Shown here: positions 29,089-38,814 of the stretch, piece by piece
Position numbering within the stretch: position 1 is the first letter of the stretch
Layout of the letters: each line of letters opens with the position of its first letter
Notes under the pieces: model-generated
Databases searched by the model: none
What the model saw: the letters and a program-made list of their open reading frames with translations, nothing else
What the model was told of the DNA's origin: nothing
DNA from: Promethearchaeota archaeon
GTDB lineage: Archaea > Asgardarchaeota > Lokiarchaeia > Sigyniarchaeales > SOKP01
Reading direction: 5' to 3'
DNA length: 64,000 bases
Assembly (NCBI GenBank): GCA_048938005.1
Contig: JBHLMQ010000002.1
Coordinates: 1-64,000 of the forward strand
Translations under genes and position numbers: made by a program

Positions 29089-29287
29089 ATGCAGGAAACA
29101 ATTCATTCTTTATTGAAAAGGGGTGATATATAGAACAATACGTATATACAATGTACCGAAAAAGCTAATGCATACATTAGGCTCATAAGTAAGTACATTC
29201 AATACAAAAACAGGAAAATACATTTATTCCTTTAAAAAAAATCTATATACACCCCACATTTTAAAAATTCTTTTCTGCTTTTTTTTT
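29089..29287 (+). ncRNA. Candidate structured non-coding RNA
   Basis: TATA-like TTTTATATA at 29059, outer inverted repeat 29120-29134/29242-29255, nested stems, and a poly-T at about 29279-29287; no ORF of 60 aa or more. Confidence 0.3.
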
Positions 29288-29677
29288 ATCCCTAGCTTTC
29301 TTAAGAAAAGTTGATTTTCCATAAGAATAATTAAAAACAAAATCTACCTTTTTTCATAATTTTCTTGATTGAATATAATCTAAAATGTAAAAATGTCGAA
29401 GTTTTTCATTAGATTCTTTCCTTTTTGAAAGAAAATGATATCTATATATTATATAAGAAAATAAAATAGCTAGAAAATTTAATATTAGGATATCACAAGA
29501 ATTTTTACACACAAAATATTTTCATTAAAGATTAAAGATTTATACATATATTGGGTTGAAAAATTAATAAGAAACTGATTTGTGCGAAATATCATCACAC
29601 AAAATTGATAAAATATATGGGCTTAAAAATAAGTTTTAAGTTTAAATAAATAGATTGTTAGAAAAAGCTAGGAAAAG

Positions 29678-29992
29678 ATGGAAATTAATAGCAATAGTGA
29701 AGATTTTGAATTAGACTATTATTTGAAAATACTTAATTATTTTCAAGATAATAAGATTAGTCGGGAGAAAAAGGAAATTTGGAAAAATCGATCAATAATA
29801 GAACTAATGAATTTGTTAGAACGGACTCAAAATCGAACTTTCGTAACAAATGCCCTTATTTTAATACTCTCTCTATTTGAGGATATCCCTCCTGATACTT
29901 ACAATAATCGTGGCGTTAATATCGCCCGTATTTCTGAAAAGGATAAAAAATTTTTAATTAAAGAATTAAAGGAAGAATTCTTACCAAATTAA
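29678..29992 (+). CDS. Hypothetical protein
   Basis: 104-aa helical ORF. Confidence 0.6.
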   Translation: MEINSNSEDFELDYYLKILNYFQDNKISREKKEIWKNRSIIELMNLLERTQNRTFVTNALILILSLFEDIPPDTYNNRGVNIARISEKDKKFLIKELKEEFLPN

Positions 29993-30177
29993 AATTAAAA
30001 TTTAATCTAATTTTTATTGCGATAGATCCTCTTTTTCATATTTTACTTTTATTATAAACCTTACAAACTCTACGTAGCATTCATTTAAATTTATGAAATA
30101 TTATTTTTATTACATAAGAATATATATTGTTTTCTTATATTAATCGGGATATTATTGAATAAAACCTATAATTAGAT

Positions 30178-33100
30178 GTGTTTTTTATGATGAAATCTAA
30201 AACTTGTAAAAATAAAAGAGTTCTCTTTGTATTAGTTATTTTAATCTTCCTATCATCTAATATATTTTTAATAAATTTAAATAAAAATCAAAATTTAGAT
30301 ATCAGCAATCAAAATTCTAATACTAACATAGATTTTCAAAATAAAGATTTAAAGATTCAAGATTTAGCTTCCGACAATACGTATACTGGGATAGGCGCCC
30401 CTTGGAATGTAACTCATTGGGCTAATCGAACGGACAGTGATTTAACAGTAAGTTTTACGAATGATTCATATGACATTGTAGAAATGCCATTAGGGAGTGG
30501 TTGGGAAGGATATAAGTTAAATTCTTATATAAGAGACTTATATGAAACACGCAATTGGAATAATGGGAGTTTTAGTTTCGGAGACGATGACACAACTTAT
30601 ACTGCTGGTGAAGATGATACGGATGATGTAATAAATAACTTTCAAAATTGGACATTCGGTTATTATGATGCAGAATATTTACAACCCGCTTTTAGTGGAA
30701 ATTATCTAGACGAATCAGCAGCAGATAGTGGAGGTCATGACTGCTTAGAATTAAGAATAGATGGAGATTCTTTTGCTAGTGATTATTGGTATGATACAGG
30801 AGACTCATGTTGGTGGAATAGTTCTGTTACAATTCCAAGAGGGCGAGTTATTGATAGTGAATTGCAATTTGATGTGAGACCTTATCATTTGATGGATTTT
30901 AATGATTTTGAATTGAGATTTTATTTTAATGATATTTTAATTTATACTATTGGTGCTTTTAATATGAAACAACAATTTGAAGATTCATGGGGTAGTTATA
31001 AAATACCTCAAGGGCTTTGGATTAATACTTCTCATATCTTTACAAATCCAGTAGAAAATTCAGCATTAAAAATTAATGTATCATTATATGATATAATTGG
31101 TGCTGGTTATGGTAGTGGGTTTGAAAATTGTGAGTATCAACAACTTTTTATAGATAATATAAAACTAATAACAAAAACAGAAGTGAAACCCTCTCAAATT
31201 AATTTAAAAACAAATTCTACATATGTTGATGATATTGAATGGGGTAAAGGTACTGCTGAAATAGAAGGTAATTGGCAATCTAATAAGGTTTATATTAATT
31301 TTAGTAGTGAGGCTGTTGTATCAGATATTTATAACTCCGAATATTTCAATGTCGAAAATTCAAGCTACAAAATCGATTTGAAAACAGATCTGAACCTTTA
31401 TGCATTAAAAAATACTCCAGAAACGAATTATGAAACAAATGTTGGGTCATTAGGAACTAGTTTCTCAATAATTAATAGTAGTCCCGTAAATTGGGAGCTT
31501 TATTCATATTTTTCTGTTCCAAATGGATATGAAGAAACAGAAATGAGGCTTGATTTTACTCCAGATGTAAACATAACATGGGTATCTGAGCCTCAAGATC
31601 CAAGTATGAATAGATTGAATTTAACTGATTATTCAACTCCAGGTCTTCTTATAATTCCAGTAGAAACCATCTCTACTACCCCTGATGGTTTTTGGAAGTT
31701 CGAAGCAATATCACCAAATTATTGTGAGCAATTAGATATACGTAATAATGCTACAGGAACATGGAACCTTGATAATGAATTTCTAAGTGGAGATTATATT
31801 AATATTACGGCGAAAATTACGGATTCACCATTGATCTCTGGGCATATCCTACAAACTAAAGCTCAACTTAATATAAGATTTCCTAATGGTACACTTTGGT
31901 CTGCGCAAAGCCAATTAAAAACACCTGATATTAATGGTTTTGTCTATTTTGATTATTTTCAGATACCTACTTCACCACCCAATTATGAAGTAGGAGAATA
32001 TGAAGCAATAGTAACATGGAATAACTCTTATTCTACTTATGGGTTGAATGAAACAGGAATTATATATAAAAAGTTTATTATAATCCATGAGTCAATATTG
32101 ACTCCTGATGAAAACTACTACGAAGATATTTCTGAAGGTGAAGTAATAAATTTAAAAGTATCATTTAACGATTTGGAAAATTTTGATGCAATACAAGATG
32201 CTGAATTATATCTAGATAATTTTCTTGATTCGAGACAGTTTTTTAGTGAGATAAGTCCTGGTTATTACTTTATTGAATTTAATACTACTGGTGGAATTGC
32301 TGGCATTAACACATTAACAATTTATGCTAATTCTTCTTTATATACTAATACGCAAGTAAATATTAGTGTTGAATTAATTCTTGAGTTAATCGTCCAACCA
32401 ATTGGCTTTGAAGATACAATTGATGCCGAAATGGGCGAAACGATAATTATTCAATTACAATTACTAGATCCTAATACAAATAATAGTATTGAAAATGCAT
32501 CTATAACTTATTCATGGAGATATGGAGTAGACTCAATTAATCAAACTAGTCCTGGTATGTATCAAGCAGTTATAATTTTACCTGATAATGTAAAAGGGAA
32601 TTACAAATTTGAACTTACAATAATTCCTGAAAATTCAACATATCGAACAACACAATATTCTTTCATTGTTGTAATTAGTGAACCCATTGTTGTTGAAGAC
32701 CCGTTTCCAAGCTTTCTATTATGGATAATAATAGGGGTTTTAGTAATTATTGTAAGTGCTTTAGGTTTTGTAAGCTTAAGAACTTATGTATTTATGCCAC
32801 GAAAACGTAGAAAAGAATCAGAGTTGCTATCAAAAACTCAACGATTTAAGGACATCAATAATATACAAGCTATTGTAGTAATTCATAAATTAAGTGGGAT
32901 ACCCCTTTACTCAAAGAGTTATTCAATTCTAGAGAAACATAAAAAAGAACTATTCTCAGGATTTATTCAGGCCATTACAACAATTGGCGAAGAGTTTTCT
33001 GAAAAAGAAATAACTGAAATAGAACCTACTGAATTAGAAAAAAGTTATGGTGCTGAAAAAGTTATTGAACTGGATTTTAAACAATTCTATTGTCTTATTA

Positions 33101-33531
33101 CAGATATAGAAGATATTCGGGTTGTATTTATTCTTAAGGAAAAATCCTCCGAAAGATTGAAAAGTCAAGTTTCTAATCTTGCATTAGCTCTAAATCTAAA
33201 ATTATCTAAAGAGTTAGAAATGTGGAATGGAGCTTTAGATGATTTTGAAATGATAATTCCAAAAATATTAAATGAGTATTTTGAGCTATATTATAAGGAT
33301 TCATTTAAATTAGTGGGTAGTCTAAACCTAATAAAGTTGAAGAAAGAAAGAGCCTTATCAAAAATGGAAATGCGTGTAATAAATGTAGTTCAATCCATGT
33401 CAAAAGATACTAATATTATTGTTAACTTAAATAACATAGTTGAATTAATAAGTGAAGAAAATAAAGATTTAGTTATTGAAGCTATTGAATCATTAATCAG
33501 GCAAAATATTATAATATCTACTAACGATTAG
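30178..33531 (+). CDS. Large single-pass protein: extracellular beta domains, TM, cytoplasmic longin-like domain and wHTH-like tail
   Basis: Signal anchor, about 800 aa N/T/S/Y-rich with many NxS/T sequons, TM FLLWIIIGVLVIIVS, then IVVIHKLSGIPLYSK..LFSGFIQAITT. Confidence 0.75.
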   Translation: MFFMMKSKTCKNKRVLFVLVILIFLSSNIFLINLNKNQNLDISNQNSNTNIDFQNKDLKIQDLASDNTYTGIGAPWNVTHWANRTDSDLTVSFTNDSYDIVEMPLGSGWEGYKLNSYIRDLYETRNWNNGSFSFGDDDTTYTAGEDDTDDVINNFQNWTFGYYDAEYLQPAFSGNYLDESAADSGGHDCLELRIDGDSFASDYWYDTGDSCWWNSSVTIPRGRVIDSELQFDVRPYHLMDFNDFELRFYFNDILIYTIGAFNMKQQFEDSWGSYKIPQGLWINTSHIFTNPVENSALKINVSLYDIIGAGYGSGFENCEYQQLFIDNIKLITKTEVKPSQINLKTNSTYVDDIEWGKGTAEIEGNWQSNKVYINFSSEAVVSDIYNSEYFNVENSSYKIDLKTDLNLYALKNTPETNYETNVGSLGTSFSIINSSPVNWELYSYFSVPNGYEETEMRLDFTPDVNITWVSEPQDPSMNRLNLTDYSTPGLLIIPVETISTTPDGFWKFEAISPNYCEQLDIRNNATGTWNLDNEFLSGDYINITAKITDSPLISGHILQTKAQLNIRFPNGTLWSAQSQLKTPDINGFVYFDYFQIPTSPPNYEVGEYEAIVTWNNSYSTYGLNETGIIYKKFIIIHESILTPDENYYEDISEGEVINLKVSFNDLENFDAIQDAELYLDNFLDSRQFFSEISPGYYFIEFNTTGGIAGINTLTIYANSSLYTNTQVNISVELILELIVQPIGFEDTIDAEMGETIIIQLQLLDPNTNNSIENASITYSWRYGVDSINQTSPGMYQAVIILPDNVKGNYKFELTIIPENSTYRTTQYSFIVVISEPIVVEDPFPSFLLWIIIGVLVIIVSALGFVSLRTYVFMPRKRRKESELLSKTQRFKDINNIQAIVVIHKLSGIPLYSKSYSILEKHKKELFSGFIQAITTIGEEFSEKEITEIEPTELEKSYGAEKVIELDFKQFYCLITDIEDIRVVFILKEKSSERLKSQVSNLALALNLKLSKELEMWNGALDDFEMIIPKILNEYFELYYKDSFKLVGSLNLIKLKKERALSKMEMRVINVVQSMSKDTNIIVNLNNIVELISEENKDLVIEAIESLIRQNIIISTND

Positions 33532-33584
33532 GGATCATCAAAGTATCAATTTCCAATTTTTTTTTCACTTTTTATATTAACGAT

Positions 33585-34196
33585 ATGAAAAGTCTAAGGT
33601 TTTCTTGTATTAGATGTGGTAATTGCTGTACTGATAAGAATACATTAGTAAATCTTACATATTTAGATATATTAAGAATTAAGAATGGTTTAAATTTAGA
33701 CATTGATGAGATTCTCGATATAATAGGATTTTATATTTTTAATAAACCTTTAACTAAAGAAGATAAAAAGAGAATGATAATAACTCCTATGGAAACCGAA
33801 AGAGGTTTAGCTTTTATAGGGCTTCTCAAAAATAGTTTAGGAGGATGTTATTTCTATGATTCAAAAAATAAAAAGTGTTTAATTTATGAATTGAGACCAA
33901 TGTTTTGTCAAACATTTCCATTTTCGTTTAAGCTGTTGGATGAGAATAAAGATCTAACTAATAACAATATAAATATATTCTACGCGGAAAAAGGCAAACA
34001 ATATTGTCCTGGAATTAAAAATGAAGCACCTCTTATTAATAATGATTATTGGATTAGAATAGGCAGAAGAACTTTAAAAGATCTCAAACAGAATTACAAA
34101 GTAATAAAAAAATGGAATGATTCAGTCAGAAAGGGAAAAATAAAACCGACTACAAAAAAATTTCTTACTACAATTTTTGATTTAAATAATTTTTAG
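33585..34196 (+). CDS. YkgJ family (CxxCxxCC) cysteine-cluster protein
   Basis: FSCIRCGNCC, C.FYD...C.IYE.RP.FC.TFPF and CPG. Confidence 0.88.
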   Translation: MKSLRFSCIRCGNCCTDKNTLVNLTYLDILRIKNGLNLDIDEILDIIGFYIFNKPLTKEDKKRMIITPMETERGLAFIGLLKNSLGGCYFYDSKNKKCLIYELRPMFCQTFPFSFKLLDENKDLTNNNINIFYAEKGKQYCPGIKNEAPLINNDYWIRIGRRTLKDLKQNYKVIKKWNDSVRKGKIKPTTKKFLTTIFDLNNF

Positions 34197-34216
34197 TACT
34201 TTCCTCTTTAAATTAT

Positions 34217-35860
34217 TTAAAAATTCATAGAGGCATATAAGGAACTTGCTAATAATGCCCAATATAACATCTTTAACTCTATTTTATAACCCAGTATATC
34301 TTTACGCCAATTAAAATCATTATCAAGATTTTCCATACTGAAAAAGCTTGTTGAATTTATAATGAAATTTAATAAATTACTGCATAGTTCGGGTTCCTCT
34401 TCCTTTAAATTTAGCAAATCTAAAATTAATAATACTTGTGCTGATTCTGTTATTAAATCACCTACAGAGTTGTTTGGAGTTATTAACTTTTTTATCTCTT
34501 TAATATAAGTTGTTTTAAACTCAATGAGATTTGCTTCTTTTTTCAACAGCTTTATTGATGTTAAATGGTTATATATGTCTAAGGGTGGATTAAATTTATC
34601 CAGCTTTAATAAATTTAAACTAAAAATGATTTTTAAAATAGAATTTTTATCTAAGGTAACCTTTTGCTTTTTTGCTATTAGTTTTAAACTAAGTAGTGAA
34701 TATAAATTCAATTCTAATTTTTCTGGAATGAAATATTCTAAATTTGATTTGAGAAAGTTTTCAATAACGGGAAGATCAATTAAATCGGTATTGTTTAATA
34801 AATCCAACTCTGAAAGAATCGCTAGTCCAAAAAAGATATTTTTTGGATCTGGCATATTGACTTTTGATGAACTAAATATTTTTCCAAAGACAAAATTCTT
34901 TAAAATTTCAAATATTTCTGTATTAGTAAAAGGAAATTCAATATTTAACATTTTTAGGATAGAAACAAAAAAATACAGATTCTCTAAATCAAAAAAATTT
35001 TGGTTTACTACTTTTGAGTTTATTAAATTCACCTTATCAATTTTGAATTGATCACTTATACTTGTTTGAATGGGTGTAAATTGTCCGAAATAATCAAGGA
35101 AAGTGTCAGTCTCAGTTTCAATGGGGGCCTGTTCACCTTTCTGAGGTATAATTTTAGTTTGAGAAGCTATTTCTTTTGAAATCAATTCTCTATCTAGATC
35201 TACTATTGACGATTTTAATAGATCTTTCTTAGGTGTTTTTAATGTTTCAATTATATCTTGTTTAGCTTCCCGTAATTCTGTTAATATATTCAATTCTGAA
35301 ATTTTTTTTTTTGATTCAATAGTTAAATCCGTGAAATTAATATAATTATCATAATTTAGTTGTTTGAACATTTCTTTATTGTTTGGAACAGTAAAATACT
35401 TCTTTTTAAACTCATTTAGTTTTGAAATAAAATTCGGTGGTATTAATTCAAATAAATTTACATTCTCTAGTTTTTTAGTATCAATATCAAGGAGATATTC
35501 AAATAGAATTTCGAATAGTATTTTATTCACATTATTCTTTAAGTAAACCTCAAAATAAGAATTATAATTTTGATATTCTGTTGTATCTTTACTCAAAGAG
35601 TTTATAAAATTATTTTGATTTTCATTTAATATATCTATTGGTACACCAATAGTGTTTAAGCCTGTTTTAATTGCTTTTAGCATCTTATCAAGAGAGCTTT
35701 TTAAATGCTTTTTACTTTCTTTTTGAGTCTTTTTGTTTAAATCAATTTTTTTGTAGGCAATAAGATCTTTTAAGTAGGAATAACTTTTTTCGTAATAATC
35801 TAAAATCTCATTTCTCAACGTTGCTAAAAAATCAGTTAGAATATCTGCAATCTCTTTCAT
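34217..35860 (-). CDS. Hypothetical all-helical protein; C-terminal half possibly a degenerate alpha-alpha toroid
   Basis: 547-aa ORF with recurring helix repeats (e.g. PKNIFFGLAILSELDLL, TESAQVLLILDLL); family assignment uncertain. Confidence 0.6.
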   Translation of the reverse strand: MKEIADILTDFLATLRNEILDYYEKSYSYLKDLIAYKKIDLNKKTQKESKKHLKSSLDKMLKAIKTGLNTIGVPIDILNENQNNFINSLSKDTTEYQNYNSYFEVYLKNNVNKILFEILFEYLLDIDTKKLENVNLFELIPPNFISKLNEFKKKYFTVPNNKEMFKQLNYDNYINFTDLTIESKKKISELNILTELREAKQDIIETLKTPKKDLLKSSIVDLDRELISKEIASQTKIIPQKGEQAPIETETDTFLDYFGQFTPIQTSISDQFKIDKVNLINSKVVNQNFFDLENLYFFVSILKMLNIEFPFTNTEIFEILKNFVFGKIFSSSKVNMPDPKNIFFGLAILSELDLLNNTDLIDLPVIENFLKSNLEYFIPEKLELNLYSLLSLKLIAKKQKVTLDKNSILKIIFSLNLLKLDKFNPPLDIYNHLTSIKLLKKEANLIEFKTTYIKEIKKLITPNNSVGDLITESAQVLLILDLLNLKEEEPELCSNLLNFIINSTSFFSMENLDNDFNWRKDILGYKIELKMLYWALLASSLYASMNF

Positions 35861-35882
35861 GTCTTAAAAATTTTATTGTATT

Positions 35883-35934
35883 CAATAATATATATTGAAA
35901 GTTATATCCAATAATATATATTGAAAGTTATATA
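35883..35934. repeat. 26-bp tandem duplication in a divergent intergenic region
   Basis: CAATAATATATATTGAAAGTTATAT(C/A) occurs twice, at 35883-35908 and 35909-35934. Confidence 0.9.
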
Positions 35935-35966
35935 TCAATATTATTATTTATATTATAACGAATATT

Positions 35967-36731
35967 ATGAGTTTTTGTTTCATGGACAAGTGGTCTAACT
36001 TTAATCATATTGCAGAAGATTACCATTCGAAACGAAAAAAACCATGGCGACCGCTTGAGTTTTTTTTAAAACATTTAAAGAATAGGGGTTATATTTTTAA
36101 GGGGATTATTTTAGATTTGGGGTGCGCTAATGGGAGAAATTTTGAATTAATCAGTATACCTCCTAATAAATTAATAGGAATAGATCTCTCTTTTGAATTA
36201 TTAAAGATAGCTAGATCAAATTTAAAGTATAATTCGCAATATTCTCAATTTGAATCTAACTTTATTCAACTTATACTTGGAGACATAGTTAATCTTCCTA
36301 TAAGAAAAAGATCAATGGATACCATTTTCTCAATTGCAACAATACATCATATAAAGAAAAAATCTGAGAGAGAAAGAGTAATAGCTCAAATACATGAACT
36401 ATTAAGGGAAAATGGGAGTCTTATTCTTACAGTATGGCGCAAGTGGCAAAAAAAATTTAGAAGCTATTTCATTTTAGAATGGTTTAAAAGAAACTTTTCT
36501 ATTAAATTTAAAAAACAGCAAAAACTTATTGGTCTAGAAGAATTTGGGGATAAATTTGTCCCTTGGACACTCTCAAAAGAACGTAAAACATATAACAGGT
36601 TCTATCACTTTTTTTCTAAATATGAACTTAAAAAACTGTTGAAGGCTTTTAATATTATCGAGTTGCATATAACAGGTGGTCCTAATAATAGAGATAACTT
36701 TTTTATTTTTGCTCGTAAATCCATAAATTAA
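35967..36731 (+). CDS. Class I SAM methyltransferase, Trm9/ALKBH8-like tRNA wobble-U carboxymethyltransferase
   Basis: IAEDY..KR.KPW, LDLGCANGRN, SIATIHH, LTVW, D.FVPW and RFYHFF match the Trm9 family pattern. Confidence 0.75.
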   Translation: MSFCFMDKWSNFNHIAEDYHSKRKKPWRPLEFFLKHLKNRGYIFKGIILDLGCANGRNFELISIPPNKLIGIDLSFELLKIARSNLKYNSQYSQFESNFIQLILGDIVNLPIRKRSMDTIFSIATIHHIKKKSERERVIAQIHELLRENGSLILTVWRKWQKKFRSYFILEWFKRNFSIKFKKQQKLIGLEEFGDKFVPWTLSKERKTYNRFYHFFSKYELKKLLKAFNIIELHITGGPNNRDNFFIFARKSIN

Positions 36732-37219
36732 TGGCATACTATTGAATTATAAGAATTCAATATATATGGTTTAAAATCTTCGTACTTATCATCAATTACT
36801 GACGCATGAATGTTAAAGAGCCTCTCAGTAATGTCGCAATAGAATATACAATGTATTACTTTTTCATGATAATATCTTTTTCTTATCATTTTATTTCGAT
36901 GACCGTACCAAAATGTTATTTCATGGCTCATTAACCAATCTCTCTCCTTTTTTGTAACAACAATATTAATGGCATTATATGTTGCGATACTACTTTCAAC
37001 TTCTTTATAATAAAAAAGACTTGCTCTCTCTTTTTTTTCCCAGCTCACTTCCAATTTTGAATTTGATCCCCATATCTCGTCATACTCGTCTTGTGAATGT
37101 AAAATAATAAACCCTTGACTCTCATTGCCATTATATTCTATCTCTCGATACCAAATTGGCATTTTATTAATTATGATTCCACATTCTGGTTTATTATAGA
37201 CGAAATAATTATATTCCAT
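36728..37219 (-). CDS. Hypothetical protein
   Basis: 163-aa alpha/beta ORF; no confident family. Confidence 0.6.
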   Translation of the reverse strand: MEYNYFVYNKPECGIIINKMPIWYREIEYNGNESQGFIILHSQDEYDEIWGSNSKLEVSWEKKERASLFYYKEVESSIATYNAINIVVTKKERDWLMSHEITFWYGHRNKMIRKRYYHEKVIHCIFYCDITERLFNIHASVIDDKYEDFKPYILNSYNSIVCH

Positions 37220-37364
37220 ATCATTTCCCGCTTGCGTATTTTTATTTCAAGAAATCGAATTATTTCTAAAATAAATTTATTGTTTATAAAATTTCTGTTC
37301 AAACGAAATTTATTTTAAGCTAATTTCCAATTGTTTAAAAGAGAATTCTTAAGAAGTTAGAAAT

Positions 37365-37952
37365 TTATTTTATTAATTCTTTTCCTTCATCAATCCATTT
37401 TTGTAGTCTTTGTAGAGATACACCTGTTATTAATGCTGCTAATTCTTCAGGATTTTCTTTGCATAATTCTTCTACGTTGTTAACCCCAAGTTGAATAAAT
37501 TTTTTCGCTGTTGTAGCTCCTAATCCAGATAATTCTGTTAGAGGGATGCCTGCAGCTTCTAGCTTAACTTTTTCTATTTTTGTTGGTTTTACTTTTTGTT
37601 TCTTTTTATGTTTTGGAACAGGTTTAGCTGGAGCTACTTTAGGTTTTACTACTCTTTTTACTTTTGGTTTTTCTACTTTTGGTTTAAATGGTGTTTTCTT
37701 TTTCTCTTTTTTAACAAATGGTTCTCTTTTTTTACTCTTTTTCTTTGGAACTTCAATTGGTTTTAATTTTTCAATGTTTTCAGCATAAATTGATTTTCTG
37801 AAATAATCGATTTTAATATTCAAATTCTCTAAGAATTTAATTGTCTTTCCAGCTTGTTTAATTTCATTTAGGGAAAACCCTTCACCTTCTCTTAAATGAG
37901 CATCTTTAGAGGGACTTTTTACCATAGCAATAAGTTTTTGTTTACTCTCCAT
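37365..37952 (-). CDS. Ribosomal protein eL13-like domain fused through a Lys/Pro linker to a helix-hairpin-helix domain
   Basis: A.VKSP...REGEGFSLNEIKQAG...IDYFRKS..ENIEKL (eL13 pattern), then LTELSGLGATTAKKF..LGV..VEEL and GVS..RL.KWI. Confidence 0.7.
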   Translation of the reverse strand: MESKQKLIAMVKSPSKDAHLREGEGFSLNEIKQAGKTIKFLENLNIKIDYFRKSIYAENIEKLKPIEVPKKKSKKREPFVKKEKKKTPFKPKVEKPKVKRVVKPKVAPAKPVPKHKKKQKVKPTKIEKVKLEAAGIPLTELSGLGATTAKKFIQLGVNNVEELCKENPEELAALITGVSLQRLQKWIDEGKELIK

Positions 37953-38055
37953 GATAAAATCATCTAAAATTTAAAATGTAATTTTGATAAATCTCTAACG
38001 CATTTATTTTTTTCTATTTAGAGATAGGGAGAGTCTAATTTTTATAAATTGGCTC

Positions 38056-38763
38056 TTAAATTTTTATAATATCAAGCTGCTCTAACTTTTTTAAAATATC
38101 ATTTATTTCAATACGTTTTCTACTAAGATTTCTGGAAATTTTTAAAGGAGAATTCTTGGCATTGCATTGTAAAGCTACCTGGAAATCAAAATCTGTTATC
38201 ATTCCCATAGATAGAACTTTTTCTAACACACTTTTGACTACCAATAATTTTGGGAAAACTTCAGCTATGCGCCCTCCAATTGTAAGATTTTCAATATCTG
38301 CAACTAATGTATGAAATCTACTTTTATCAGTAGTAGCTCTGAAAGTTTTAAGATCAGATTGATGTTTTTTCCAAAAACGATTTGCAATTTTATGAATTAT
38401 TTCTTCAATTTTATCAGAGTTATCGTCCGCATCTGAAATAGAGCAGAAGAGTATCCTTGATAAAGGATGATAATAAATAAAAATAATTGAATCTTCAGAC
38501 TCTAAAACTCTATCCATCTCATCTACCCTTCTTCCTTTAGACATCGCCTCTTGAATTACATCAATTGTTGTATTAATTGCATTAAAAAACCCAGTTAAAA
38601 TATCGTCTTGAATTTTCTTTAATTCTCTGAATGTTGATTCTAAAATAGATATCCCGTTATCTGCATCTATGAGAAAAATCTTATATATAATGTATATCCC
38701 CAACCTACTGTTTTCATGAAATAATATACGTTTCTTTTTAATAAAAAAATAAAAATATATCAA
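38056..38763 (-). CDS. Longin-like domain protein with C-terminal wHTH (start probably TTG near 38703)
   Basis: IFLIDADNGISILE...ILTGFFNAI pattern; C-terminal ISRNLS....INDILKKLEQLDII. Confidence 0.65.
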   Translation of the reverse strand: MIYFYFFIKKKRILFHENSRLGIYIIYKIFLIDADNGISILESTFRELKKIQDDILTGFFNAINTTIDVIQEAMSKGRRVDEMDRVLESEDSIIFIYYHPLSRILFCSISDADDNSDKIEEIIHKIANRFWKKHQSDLKTFRATTDKSRFHTLVADIENLTIGGRIAEVFPKLLVVKSVLEKVLSMGMITDFDFQVALQCNAKNSPLKISRNLSRKRIEINDILKKLEQLDIIKI

Positions 38764-38814
38764 AATAAAACTATGTAAAATTTAATTTATGAATATGATA
38801 ATAATAAATTATAA

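Noticed and set aside
29150-29200. Hammerhead ribozyme
   Set aside because: CGAAA and a TGAG-like element lie on opposite strands and in the wrong order; there is no CUGANGA core.
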